Shown here: positions 29,031 to 38,789 of the stretch, piece after piece
How positions within the stretch are numbered: the stretch's first letter is position 1
How the letters are laid out: every line of letters starts with the position of its first letter
NCBI GenBank assembly: GCA_963664875.1
Contig: OY761611.1
Location: 960,001-1,024,000, forward strand
Length of the DNA stretch: 64,000 nucleotides
Direction of reading: 5' to 3'
Source: Candidatus Kapaibacterium sp.
Lineage (GTDB): Bacteria; Bacteroidota; Ignavibacteria; Kapaibacteriales; UBA2268
Notes under the pieces: model-generated
Told to the model about the DNA's origin: nothing
Databases searched by the model: none
Seen by the model: only the letters and a program-made list of their open reading frames with translations
Program-made: the position numbers and the translations under genes

Positions 29031-29741
29031 ATGTTTATCAATTTAAAGCTTACTTTTTTATTCTCCTTATGTTTTTTTTCTTTGCTTGCAAATTCTGGTT
29101 TAAGGAGTAAGGAATTAATAGCTACGCAAGACAGTACTATTCAAGATGAAATCGAAATACCGCTTCGTTTTGGAATTGTTTATTCCCCATTTCAGGGTTA
29201 TCGTTTAGTAAATAATGCCAGCCAAAAGCATATATGTGGAAGTTTTTTTAATTTGGGCTATTTAGTAGATTATTACATCACTAAACACTCATTTGCTTCT
29301 TTCAATTTTGGTACTTTATATTACACTGATTTTATACATAATCACAGTTTATATATTGACTATAAGATCTCACATCTCTATTATGGGGATTTATCATATT
29401 TTTACAATGTAGATGTATTTCATATTGGTTTGGGATTAGGTATGAGTTACCTGTTTTTCTACAGAGAATATGAAACGGATCCTACAGATGAAAACACTGA
29501 ATACGAATATTATCTTTTTGAAAATATAAATACTTCTTTAGATATGGCAATTCGTTTTGGTTTTGAGATAGTCGGTACATATAATATTGATTTTAGGTAT
29601 AGTTTTGCTCTCGAAAATCTCAGAGATATAGAAACCGATTTAAAATCCAAGTCAATTTTTGGAATTACCTTATCTATCAAGCTCCCGCGAGCAAATACGG
29701 AAAATCAAAAAATAAATTATATTAAGAGATTGAGTATATAA
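29031..29741 (+). CDS. Putative outer-membrane beta-barrel protein (paralog 1)
   Basis: Signal peptide, alternating aromatic/hydrophobic strands, GLGLGMSY; similar to the next gene. Confidence 0.6.
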   Translation: MFINLKLTFLFSLCFFSLLANSGLRSKELIATQDSTIQDEIEIPLRFGIVYSPFQGYRLVNNASQKHICGSFFNLGYLVDYYITKHSFASFNFGTLYYTDFIHNHSLYIDYKISHLYYGDLSYFYNVDVFHIGLGLGMSYLFFYREYETDPTDENTEYEYYLFENINTSLDMAIRFGFEIVGTYNIDFRYSFALENLRDIETDLKSKSIFGITLSIKLPRANTENQKINYIKRLSI

Positions 29742-29752
29742 ACAGGTTATAA

Positions 29753-30436
29753 ATGAAACTTAAAACAGAAAATATTTTAGCCGCAATTTTTTGGATCTTA
29801 CTTTCTACTTGTGTTTATGCAAGCAATCAGGACACAACAGGGAAGCTCAGTGAATTTGAAAAACAAGATAATACAGTTAGATTTGGTTTATCATATTCTG
29901 CGTTAAATACTATGTTTTTTAGTAACGGACATTTGAAAGACAATAGACAGGTAAGTTTAACAAATATACAACCAAGTATAGATTATTTTATCTCTGAGAA
30001 CTCCTTTTTAACTTTGAACTTTGGATATAATTTTTATACCTATTATACAGGTGGCGTATTCACTCTTTATGATGAGCATATAGATCATTTTTTTGCTCAG
30101 ATTTTGTATTCAAATTACGTCAACGAAATATACTGGGGAATCGGGTTGGGGTTTAGCTATACTTATCACATTTGCGAATATGAAGATGAAATATATCAAT
30201 ATTTTCCTATGTTAGGAGAATATTTACATGTCGGGAACGAATACTACCTTTTTCAGCAAAGAAGCTCAACTATTGATTTGACTTCTCAGATTGCGATGGA
30301 TGTCAGTAAGTACTTCAATTTTGGTATTAAAGCCGATATTGCATTAATCAACTTAAGAGATGATGCTGAAAAATTTTCGCATAAAATAACTATTGGCTTA
30401 TTAGTCGGTTTTAAATATCCTTCCTTTAAGAAGTAG
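29753..30436 (+). CDS. Putative outer-membrane beta-barrel protein (paralog 2)
   Basis: Signal peptide, RFGLSYS, DYFISENSFLTLNFG, GIGLGFSY, C-terminal strand IGLLVGFKY. Confidence 0.6.
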   Translation: MKLKTENILAAIFWILLSTCVYASNQDTTGKLSEFEKQDNTVRFGLSYSALNTMFFSNGHLKDNRQVSLTNIQPSIDYFISENSFLTLNFGYNFYTYYTGGVFTLYDEHIDHFFAQILYSNYVNEIYWGIGLGFSYTYHICEYEDEIYQYFPMLGEYLHVGNEYYLFQQRSSTIDLTSQIAMDVSKYFNFGIKADIALINLRDDAEKFSHKITIGLLVGFKYPSFKK

Positions 30437-30455
30437 ATGATAGATTTTTGTTACC

Positions 30456-30514
30456 TAATAATGCTAAACAAATAGAGTAACCAAAAAGATTATTCCATTT
30501 GTTTAGCATTATTA
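30456..30514. repeat. Long inverted repeat (probable bidirectional terminator) between convergent genes
   Basis: TAATAATGCTAAACAAAT / ATTTGTTTAGCATTATTA perfect 18-bp arms, extendable inward. Confidence 0.75.
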
Positions 30515-30524
30515 TAAACATACT

Positions 30525-32042
30525 TTAGAGAAGATTTACAATACTTTTTAAAGCGAGCATAATATCACTTGCACTCATAGTCATTTCTGAATATTTAGCT
30601 TTAGCGTAATCTCCTGCGAGTGCATGAAGCAATGACCCTAAATAAGCAGCCTCAGTCGTTGGTATATTCTGAGAAACCATTAGACCACCTATGATTCCGG
30701 ATAGCACATCTCCGCTACCGGCGGTTGCCAATCCGGGATTACCACAAGGATTTAGGTAAACCTGTTTGCCATTAGTTATACAAGTAGGATAAAACTTCAG
30801 CAATACAACTGCATCAGTAGTTTGAGCAAGATCTTTAGCTTTATTGATATAATCAGTTTCTATTTCGAATCTATCAGCTCCGGTGATAGCAGAAAACTCT
30901 CCCGTATGGGGAGTCAATATTGTGTTCTTGCTAAGTTTATCAAATTCGATAACTGCCTTCAATGCGTCAGCATCTATCAGCATCCTTGTCTTATCTTTGT
31001 AGTCGCCGATAATCTGTTTTACGTTTCTCAAAGTATTAGTATCGTTTCCAAGTCCGGGGCCTATAACGATACCATCTGCCCTATCCAGAAGTTCGGCAAT
31101 CGACTCAATGGAGTAATCTTCTTTTGATAAATCTCTTTTATAGACAATTACTTCGGGCAATATGGAAGAATGCGGATTAGGAGTAACAAGGTAAACAAAC
31201 CCCGCTCCCGAGCTAATGGCTGCGTTTGCACTCAATGCTGCAGCACCTGGCATATCTTCCGAACCGGCAATTATAACTAATCTTCCATAATCAAATTTTG
31301 AGCTTACTTTTTTACGATTATCAAAATTCAGAAGCTCTAAATCATGTTCCTCTAACAGAAATGTATCTACTCTGTCGGCAACTTCTACTTCAGGGAAACC
31401 CAAAGGGACGGTAATTATCTCACCACAACAGTCTATGGCGTCATGAATGTGCATACCAAGCTTTGGAGCAAACATTGTGATTGTATAATCCGCAATGAAG
31501 CATAGTTCGTGTGCTTTTCCGGTATTAGAATTGACACCTGTTGGTACATCTATTGCAATTTTCAAAACATTAGAATCTGAAACCAATTCGAGTACTTCGA
31601 GCACTTCGCCTTTCAGATTCTCAGAGCCTCCAATGCCGATTAGTGCATCGACTATACAGTCAAATTCGAAGTTAAAAGTTTCTTGTTTGAATGATTCGAA
31701 GCTTAATATTGGTATGTCAAGATTTTGGCAGATTGTAAAGTTCTGTTTTGTTTCTTTTGACATTTGACCTTCGTCACCCACCAACAAAACATAAACTTCA
31801 GCTATATCACTAAGATGCCTTGCAATAGCCAAACCATCACCACCATTATTTCCTGCACCACAAAGAACTAATATGTTTGGAATATAATGTGAATTATTAT
31901 CATCGCTCAGTAGCTTTGATTTTATTATATTTGCTGAATTGATGGCGGCATTTTCCATAAGAATCGCCGAAGGAATTTGTAAAGTATCCATTGCGAACTG
32001 ATCAATGCTTATCATTTGCTCTTTTGAAAGTAAATATTGCAT
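30525..32042 (-). CDS. nnr: Bifunctional NAD(P)H-hydrate epimerase/dehydratase
   Basis: LMENAA, CGAGNNGGDG, DALIGIG, IDVPTG, KFDYG, GPGLG, DADAL, TPHTGEF, GNPGLATAGSGDVLSG. ATG 32042 has an SD; 32054 is the alternative. Confidence 0.95.
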   Translation of the reverse strand: MQYLLSKEQMISIDQFAMDTLQIPSAILMENAAINSANIIKSKLLSDDNNSHYIPNILVLCGAGNNGGDGLAIARHLSDIAEVYVLLVGDEGQMSKETKQNFTICQNLDIPILSFESFKQETFNFEFDCIVDALIGIGGSENLKGEVLEVLELVSDSNVLKIAIDVPTGVNSNTGKAHELCFIADYTITMFAPKLGMHIHDAIDCCGEIITVPLGFPEVEVADRVDTFLLEEHDLELLNFDNRKKVSSKFDYGRLVIIAGSEDMPGAAALSANAAISSGAGFVYLVTPNPHSSILPEVIVYKRDLSKEDYSIESIAELLDRADGIVIGPGLGNDTNTLRNVKQIIGDYKDKTRMLIDADALKAVIEFDKLSKNTILTPHTGEFSAITGADRFEIETDYINKAKDLAQTTDAVVLLKFYPTCITNGKQVYLNPCGNPGLATAGSGDVLSGIIGGLMVSQNIPTTEAAYLGSLLHALAGDYAKAKYSEMTMSASDIMLALKSIVNLL

Positions 32043-32106
32043 AATTCCTTCCATTATTTTAAGTATATTTGCACAAATAGGTTTATAAAGAGTGCCTCTT
32101 TTACCA

Positions 32107-34242
32107 ATGAAATTATTTACTCAATATAGCATTTCGCAGCTAAAAAACAACTATTCTTCTTATCGGGTTGTTACTTTATTTGCTGCAATCTTGTTTTCTT
32201 TTGCAAAAGTGGCATTAGACATTACCTTTTTTTCTATCAACGAAAACTTTTTCATGACATTTGATTTGTGGCACTATATCTCCGAGATAGTGTTATTTAT
32301 CGCATTTGCCTCCTATCTGTTTACTTTGCCTGGTATCAATCGGAATTTAGATTATAATCAAATCAATAGTCTTTTTTTTAAACGATTAAAATCTCTTACA
32401 TTCAACTTTTCTTTCTTTTGGATATTTTCTGTTTTGCTCGGGATAATATCTGACATTACACGCGATCCGGATTTGTCGATACTCCTGTTGTATGATATCA
32501 AATTGCTTTATTCGCTTGTAGTGATTGGCAATCTAAGCCGTTTTGTTTTAGACTGGATATTGTATTTTAGAAACTCTGCTACAAAAAAGCATTTGATTTT
32601 TGTAGCATTCAATATTGTATTTTCTGCTACCGGTCTGTTTTTGTCTGAAATTTCAAAAGCGGGCGACAACGACGCTATTAAATTAGCAACAGGTCTCTTT
32701 ACTATTGTATTAGCATTTTCAGTATTTATTCTCCCAAAGAAAAATGCGTGGATAGCTTCCCTTCCATACCGGAACAAGCTACTCCTAATTTGTCTTTTGT
32801 TGATGCTTGGCTTTTTTATGATTCCGGAGCTCACGCTAAGTCTTTTGAATATGAGCTATGATGCTAATATTCTATATTTCAAAGCTCCTGTATCGTATAG
32901 TCTTCTGAATATTATTGATTTAGCAATTATCATATTTTTTCTGAGAATCGTTTTTTCTACTATTGCAGCTTGGCCTACCACTAAGATCGTCGCTAAAAAG
33001 AATGTGGAGTTAGAATCCCTTTCTACTCTAAACAGATTTGTTGTTGAAACTCTTAATAAATCTCCCGAAAAGATTATTGCTACTGCTTCTCAGATTGCAA
33101 GACAGATGACAAACGCACATTCGGCATGGACAGAGATTTTCAGAGATGGGAAAAAAACTATAGCTTACTCGTTCAACATCTCGCAGAAGAATCTTTCCTA
33201 CGTTGCCAATTATACTCACTTTTCAAATTATTTCAAAACAAGAAGTGAATCTTGCCTGATAGATTCTCTGGCAGACCATGATTATCTTTACCCAATTTCC
33301 GAGACAATTACTTATGCCAAATCAATGATTGTATTACCCCTGTTTTCAGGCACTGAAAGATTGGGAACCTGCGTTTTGCTAAAAGATACTGACTATGGAT
33401 TTGATCCGGAAGATATTGCAATACTAAATACTCTTTCTCAAAACTTATCGATAGCCCTGCAAAATTCAAGTTTGATCCAAGATTCAATTGAAAAAGAAAA
33501 ATATAAAAGCGAGATGCTCCTTGCTCAAAATATCCAAAGAAATTTACTCCCAAAAGAAGATTTATCAACCGAAGAGTATTCCATAGCAGCTTTTACTGAG
33601 CCGGCTCAGGAAATCGGTGGTGACTATTATGATTTGGTATATCTAAGCGATAAAACGCCTTGCCTACTTATTGCAGATGTATCAGGCAAAGGCACATCCG
33701 CAGCTATAATAATGTCTCAGATGAAAGGAGCAGTACAAGCTCTAAGTCCATTAAGTGTATCTGTTTCTGATTTGCTAAAAAAGCTAAATAACACTCTTTA
33801 CGGAACCATTGGCAGAAAAAACTTCATCACTGTAGCGGGGCTATCTTTCAAGCCTGACGGAACCATCAATTTTGTCAGAGCCGGACATGCCCCTATATTA
33901 GTAACCCAAAACGGTGCAACAAAAAAATATATGCCGATAGGCTTAGGTGTTGGCCTGACCAACTCTGCTATGTTCGATAGAAATTTAGAAGAATTAGAAT
34001 TGAAACTAAAAGAAAATGATAACGTATTATTGATAACTGACGGAATAAATGAGATAAGTGACTCAAACAAACAACAGTTTGGATATAATCATCTTATTAG
34101 TATTCTTGAATCAGATAACCTGACATCTGCAAAAGAAATAAACAGAATAATCAAAGAAAAAATTACGAAGTTTTCTGCCGGTGATGAATATATTGACGAT
34201 ATGACGGTTATTAGTTTAATCTACAGAAAAAAATCGGTATAG
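32107..34242 (+). CDS. rsbU: Membrane-bound GAF + PP2C (SpoIIE/RsbU-like) serine phosphatase
   Basis: About 8 TM helices, GAF-like domain, AQNIQRNLLP, IGGDYYD, ADVSGKG, RAGH, TDGINE, DDMT; TATATTTG -7 element at 32064. Confidence 0.88.
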   Translation: MKLFTQYSISQLKNNYSSYRVVTLFAAILFSFAKVALDITFFSINENFFMTFDLWHYISEIVLFIAFASYLFTLPGINRNLDYNQINSLFFKRLKSLTFNFSFFWIFSVLLGIISDITRDPDLSILLLYDIKLLYSLVVIGNLSRFVLDWILYFRNSATKKHLIFVAFNIVFSATGLFLSEISKAGDNDAIKLATGLFTIVLAFSVFILPKKNAWIASLPYRNKLLLICLLLMLGFFMIPELTLSLLNMSYDANILYFKAPVSYSLLNIIDLAIIIFFLRIVFSTIAAWPTTKIVAKKNVELESLSTLNRFVVETLNKSPEKIIATASQIARQMTNAHSAWTEIFRDGKKTIAYSFNISQKNLSYVANYTHFSNYFKTRSESCLIDSLADHDYLYPISETITYAKSMIVLPLFSGTERLGTCVLLKDTDYGFDPEDIAILNTLSQNLSIALQNSSLIQDSIEKEKYKSEMLLAQNIQRNLLPKEDLSTEEYSIAAFTEPAQEIGGDYYDLVYLSDKTPCLLIADVSGKGTSAAIIMSQMKGAVQALSPLSVSVSDLLKKLNNTLYGTIGRKNFITVAGLSFKPDGTINFVRAGHAPILVTQNGATKKYMPIGLGVGLTNSAMFDRNLEELELKLKENDNVLLITDGINEISDSNKQQFGYNHLISILESDNLTSAKEINRIIKEKITKFSAGDEYIDDMTVISLIYRKKSV

Positions 34243-34301
34243 TTTTTGTTAAATTTATTATATTGTTTGCAGTAAGTCTATAGACTCATAAGGAATTAGA
34301 A

Positions 34302-34682
34302 ATGCCATCAACAAGTAAATTCGGAATCACAAAAAAACAAATGGACGGTATCGACTGTTTTTACTTAGAAGGATATTTAGACGCTCACACTGCCCCTCAG
34401 TTAGAATCTGCTTTCCAGGAAAGTTTAGATGCAGGTAAATATAAACTACTTGTAAACTTCAAAGACTTGGACTACATAAGCAGTGCCGGCTTGGGAGTGT
34501 TCATGGCGTTTATCGAAGATATTCGCAATCAGGCAGGAGATATTAAGTTAACTACAATGCAGGAAAAAGTCTTTTCCGTATTTGATTTACTTGGCTTTCC
34601 GATGCTTTTTGATATTATGCCTAACGATGCAGAAGCTATTGATAAATTTTCTTCGACAGTAACAGATGACAGCAATAATTAA
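34302..34682 (+). CDS. rsbV: STAS-domain anti-anti-sigma factor
   Basis: GYLDAHTAP, LDYISSAGLG (phospho-acceptor Ser). Confidence 0.92.
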   Translation: MPSTSKFGITKKQMDGIDCFYLEGYLDAHTAPQLESAFQESLDAGKYKLLVNFKDLDYISSAGLGVFMAFIEDIRNQAGDIKLTTMQEKVFSVFDLLGFPMLFDIMPNDAEAIDKFSSTVTDDSNN

Positions 34683-35109
34683 AAATATTGACCATATCTG
34701 CGTAAAAGCTGACTTTTCTGAATTAGAAAAGATAAGAGATTTTGTATTTAGCCATGCAAAGCAGTTTTACTTTTCTGAAAATGATGCACAAAAAATTACT
34801 CTTGCTGTAGATGAAGCCTGCACAAATCTGATGCGTTACTCTTATAATTGCAAATGCGAATTCAATATTTGTATAGATATAATCATTTCAAACAATGAGT
34901 TTGTTGTTCAAATAATCGACGAAGGTGAGCCTTTTAATCCGCTTTCTGTCGAATCTCCTGATATGAAAAAGTATTTCGCCGAATTCCGTAAGGGTGGACT
35001 CGGCATACATATCATGCGTAGTGTAATGGACAATATCGAATATCAACCTTCCCAATCTTCCGAAAAAAAGAATATTTTAATGCTTACAAAATATCTCCCA
35101 AATTCTTAA
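34666..35109 (+). CDS. rsbW: RsbW/SpoIIAB-like anti-sigma factor serine kinase
   Basis: LAVDEACTN, DEGEPFNP, GGLGIHIMRSVMD; overlaps the end of rsbV. Confidence 0.9.
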   Translation: MTAIIKNIDHICVKADFSELEKIRDFVFSHAKQFYFSENDAQKITLAVDEACTNLMRYSYNCKCEFNICIDIIISNNEFVVQIIDEGEPFNPLSVESPDMKKYFAEFRKGGLGIHIMRSVMDNIEYQPSQSSEKKNILMLTKYLPNS

Positions 35110-35173
35110 CTTTGCAAAATATTTCCTATATTATTTCTTCATAGATAGCATTGTAGAATTGGAAGGATACATT

Positions 35174-36169
35174 ATGAAAGGTCTCATTATTGCCTTATCT
35201 GTTACTCTGTCATTTGTACTCGGTTTTTTTCCGAGTATAAATAAATCTAAACCACTTTGGTGGAAATTACTTACAATAACAACCATTACTACTGCGATTG
35301 TGCTCACATTGCTGCCTCCTATCGCCGGTAATTTTGCAGACTTAAAATTTGTTGCCGGAATGGAACAGGGCAAACATATCAATCTGCTTGTAAAGTATGA
35401 AACTAATTCTCAGGGCTTAGATATTTTTACCGATGATTATGGTGACAGTCACTTTATCGAAAAAACAGAATCTTTCAATTTGGAAAGGGGTAATAAATAT
35501 ATTATCAATTCAAGATTTGAAAATGAGAAATATATTGCGGTTGAGCTCGTATCTGCAAATCCATTTATGACTTACCCTTTTATTCCCAGCCTTGAAGACA
35601 GAACAAAGATTTTGAATTTCCATGTACCTATGGCTTGGATTTCGGTACTTGCTTATCTGATTTCAATGATTTATGCAGTGCAGTACCTAAGGACTAAAGA
35701 TTTGAAATACGACACTCCCCTTGTAGCCTCTGCTTCACTTGGTACTTTGTTTGCGATATTAGCGACAGTTACCGGTATGCTTTGGGCAAAATTCAACTGG
35801 GGAAGTTTTTGGAACTGGGATCCGCGCCAAACATCTATTTTGATTTTGCTATTGATTTACGGTGCTTTTTTTGCACTTCGCTCGTCGATAGATGTAGCAG
35901 AATCTAAAGCAAGATTAAGCTCGGTTTATGCAATTTTGGCATTTATAACAGTTCCGTTTCTGGTTTTTATTTTGCCACGAATGGCAACAGGATTGCACCC
36001 GGGCTCAGCAGATGATTCGAGCACAGGACCACTTGTAAGCTCGCAGAGTGGCATGTTGGATTCTAATATGCTTATCAGTTTTGGATTGGCAATGTTTGGA
36101 TTTTCGATGTTTTTCTTTTGGTTATTAAATTTACAAATAAGAATAATGAAATATAGAGGAGATAAATAA
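35174..36169 (+). CDS. ccmC: Cytochrome c biogenesis heme-handling protein CcmC (CcsA superfamily) with inserted soluble domain
   Basis: FHVPMAW (conserved His), TGMLWAKFNWGSFWNWDPRQT (WWD domain), LHP; TAACTTTG -7 element at 35107. Confidence 0.88.
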   Translation: MKGLIIALSVTLSFVLGFFPSINKSKPLWWKLLTITTITTAIVLTLLPPIAGNFADLKFVAGMEQGKHINLLVKYETNSQGLDIFTDDYGDSHFIEKTESFNLERGNKYIINSRFENEKYIAVELVSANPFMTYPFIPSLEDRTKILNFHVPMAWISVLAYLISMIYAVQYLRTKDLKYDTPLVASASLGTLFAILATVTGMLWAKFNWGSFWNWDPRQTSILILLLIYGAFFALRSSIDVAESKARLSSVYAILAFITVPFLVFILPRMATGLHPGSADDSSTGPLVSSQSGMLDSNMLISFGLAMFGFSMFFFWLLNLQIRIMKYRGDK

Positions 36170-36304
36170 ATGCTTGATTTCCTGCATGACAATTCTATCT
36201 TTGTGGTGCTTGGTATCACTCTGATAATATGGGGAGGCATAGTTTCATATATGCTCTCATTAGATAAAAAAGTCAAAAAATTAGAAGAACTGACAGAAGA
36301 ATAA
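36170..36304 (+). CDS. ccmD: CcmD-family small membrane protein (44 aa)
   Basis: Not in the ORF track. ATG immediately follows the ccmC TAA, with GAGGAG upstream. Translation MLDFLHDNSIFVVLGITLIIWGGIVSYMLSLDKKVKKLEELTEE* gives one TM plus a charged tail. Confidence 0.85.
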   Translation: MLDFLHDNSIFVVLGITLIIWGGIVSYMLSLDKKVKKLEELTEE

Positions 36305-36309
36305 AAATG

Positions 36310-36338
36310 AAGAGGAGGCTATTGCAGTCTCCTCTTTT
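36310..36338. terminator. Terminator between ccmD and the convergent hemerythrin gene
   Basis: AAGAGGAGGCT-attgc-AGTCTCCTCTT plus T-run. Confidence 0.75.
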
Positions 36339-36359
36339 GTTATTACTTATCTGGTCTAT

Positions 36360-36764
36360 TTATTGCACATTATGCTTTTTGAAAAGCTCAACATAGTCTT
36401 TGTCGTCGCCCTTGATGTGGTTTATAATCCATTCTTTAACCATTTTCGTAACTTTTAAACTTAGTACGTTTTGGCCTGCTTTGTGTTTAGTAATCAGCTC
36501 GGTAACTTGCGCTACAAAAGCATCATGGATTTTTTTATGACTTTCATAGAGTTTTGGGTCATACATTTTCATGTATTTTTCCTCGTGAGCAAAATGCTTT
36601 GCTGTATAATTGGCAAGACCTTCCAATAACTCACCAATCTTTTGATCATAGTCTCCACTATTGAGAGTATCATAGAAATGATTGACCATATCTACTAATG
36701 TCTTATGTTGCCTATCGATAGACGGAATTCCTAACTCCAATGCTGCATCCCATTTAAAGAACAT
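36360..36764 (-). CDS. Single-domain bacteriohemerythrin
   Basis: W...LGIPSIDRQH, HFAHEEKYM, HKKIH, WIINHIKGDD: full di-iron ligand set. Confidence 0.93.
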   Translation of the reverse strand: MFFKWDAALELGIPSIDRQHKTLVDMVNHFYDTLNSGDYDQKIGELLEGLANYTAKHFAHEEKYMKMYDPKLYESHKKIHDAFVAQVTELITKHKAGQNVLSLKVTKMVKEWIINHIKGDDKDYVELFKKHNVQ

Positions 36765-36840
36765 AATTACTCCATAAATTATATTAGAAAAACACTTTAG
36801 CTTTAGCTATAATTTATCTGTAAGCTAATCAAAATACTAA

Positions 36841-37731
36841 TTAAAATGCAAAATTCAACAATTTATAGACTAATCTTGCTGTAGTCAGATTGGGATGGTG
36901 AAGTTCATCCATCGGTGCAAGTTCGACAACGTCAAAACCAACGATTTTTTTGCCTTGCTTTCTAATTTCTCTGAAAATATCAAGAGTCTCACTATATAAA
37001 AATCCATCAGGTTCAGGAGTGCCGGTGGCAGGCATTATCGAAGGATCAAAATAATCTACATCAAACGTGATATAAACTTCATCTGACAAAGTATCTACAA
37101 TAGCTTTTTGCCAGCTTTCCCCATAAATTTTTCTCCTTATCTGAGAAGCATAAAAAGTTCGAACTCCATTTTCTTTTATAAATTGAGCTTCTTCTTTGCA
37201 TTGAGCTCTAATGCCTACCTGAGTTATTTTTTCAGGTGACACAAACTCTGCGACCCTAGCCATAATACACGCATGAGAATATTTGCTGTCGTCATAGCTG
37301 TCTCTTAGGTCAGAATGTGCATCGAAATGTAGCACTGACATCTCAGGATATTTTTTAAAATGTGCTGCTATAGGAGCTGTAGAGATAGTATGCTCTCCGC
37401 CAAGTGTAACTACAAACTTGTCCATTTCTAAAAGTTGGCTGACCTGCTCTTCTATCAAATCAAGTGCATCTTTCCCGTGTTTTGATTCGAAATCTATAGG
37501 TTTGATTGTTACTATACCTTTTTCGAAAACAAGCTCTCTATCGAACTCATCATCATAGAACTCAACTTGGGCACTTGCTTCAATGATTTCTTTTGGCCCC
37601 TGAGCAGTGCCTCCTCCGTAAGAAACAGTGTGCTCATAAGGTGCTGAGACTATTGCAATTTTAGAGTTATCCAATGAAGAAAATTCTTCTTCAATCGATA
37701 AAAAATTTTGAAATTCAGGTAGAATTTTCAT
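36841..37731 (-). CDS. speB: Agmatinase (arginase/ureohydrolase family)
   Basis: GGEHT, FDAHSDLRD, SHAC, TFDVDYFDPS, PATGTPEPDG, DVVEL. Confidence 0.92.
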   Translation of the reverse strand: MKILPEFQNFLSIEEEFSSLDNSKIAIVSAPYEHTVSYGGGTAQGPKEIIEASAQVEFYDDEFDRELVFEKGIVTIKPIDFESKHGKDALDLIEEQVSQLLEMDKFVVTLGGEHTISTAPIAAHFKKYPEMSVLHFDAHSDLRDSYDDSKYSHACIMARVAEFVSPEKITQVGIRAQCKEEAQFIKENGVRTFYASQIRRKIYGESWQKAIVDTLSDEVYITFDVDYFDPSIMPATGTPEPDGFLYSETLDIFREIRKQGKKIVGFDVVELAPMDELHHPNLTTARLVYKLLNFAF

Positions 37732-37959
37732 TATATTAACCTTTGTTGTGTAATAAATTATATATATTCCTAATCTGCTTATTTATATTGAAAATTCAAG
37801 ATCAGTTCTATCTTTGAAATGCAATTTAAACAAAGGACAAATAAAGAGTTTAAAAATTTTATACACTATTTATTATACTTTTACTCAAACACACTATATT
37901 TTAAAAAACATGGTATGCAAATTGTTAAGAAATACTGAAAAACCACTACGAGCTTGATT

Positions 37960-38784
37960 ATGAGTTTTCCGATTCTGAAAATTAGAAATTTAAACAAATA
38001 TTACGGTGCAGAACATATTCTCCGAGATGTTAATTTAGATGTCAATTCCGGAGAGTTTGTTTTTATTATCGGTAAATCCGGTTGCGGCAAGACAACATTG
38101 CTCAGAACAATTAGTGCTTTAGAGTTCGCAGAATATGGAAGCATTGATATCGCCGGTAATCTGCTTGAAATTCGAAATGATTCAGGTTTGATCGAATACA
38201 TCAATAATAAAGAAGATGTCTCAAATATCAAATCATTTACTAAAACAAATAAACAGCTTTTTGACAAAGATGCCGTAAATCTTCGCAATCGTGTCGGTAT
38301 GCTCTTCCAAAACCTAAATCTTTTTCCTCATAAAACAGTCCTTGAAAATGTGACTATACCCTTAGAAGTAATTCTAAAAGTTACAAAAGACGATGCAAAA
38401 CAGCAGGCAATTGAAATGCTCGGAAAAGTCGGCATGAATGAATATGTGGATAAATACCCAGCTATGATTTCGGGTGGACAGGCACAAAGAGTGGCTATAG
38501 CAAGAGCTTTAGCAATGAAACCGGACATTATGTTGTATGATGAACCAACTTCAGCTCTTGACCCGGAAACGAGCTATGAGGTTTTTGAAGTAATGAAAAA
38601 ACTCCATCAGGAAGGAATGACACAGATAGTTGTATCTCATGATTTGATTTTTGCCAGAGAATTCGCTTCCAAAGTCATTTATATGGACATGGGGCAAATA
38701 ATAGAAAGCGGCATTCCTAAAGAAATTTTCGAAAGACCTAACGATATTCGCACTGACAGATTTCTTAAAACAATAAGACATTAA
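37960..38784 (+). CDS. Polar amino-acid ABC transporter ATP-binding protein
   Basis: GKSGCGKTT, FQNLNLFPH, ISGGQAQRVAIARALAM, YDEPTSALDPE. Confidence 0.92.
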   Translation: MSFPILKIRNLNKYYGAEHILRDVNLDVNSGEFVFIIGKSGCGKTTLLRTISALEFAEYGSIDIAGNLLEIRNDSGLIEYINNKEDVSNIKSFTKTNKQLFDKDAVNLRNRVGMLFQNLNLFPHKTVLENVTIPLEVILKVTKDDAKQQAIEMLGKVGMNEYVDKYPAMISGGQAQRVAIARALAMKPDIMLYDEPTSALDPETSYEVFEVMKKLHQEGMTQIVVSHDLIFAREFASKVIYMDMGQIIESGIPKEIFERPNDIRTDRFLKTIRH

Positions 38785-38789
38785 AAAGT

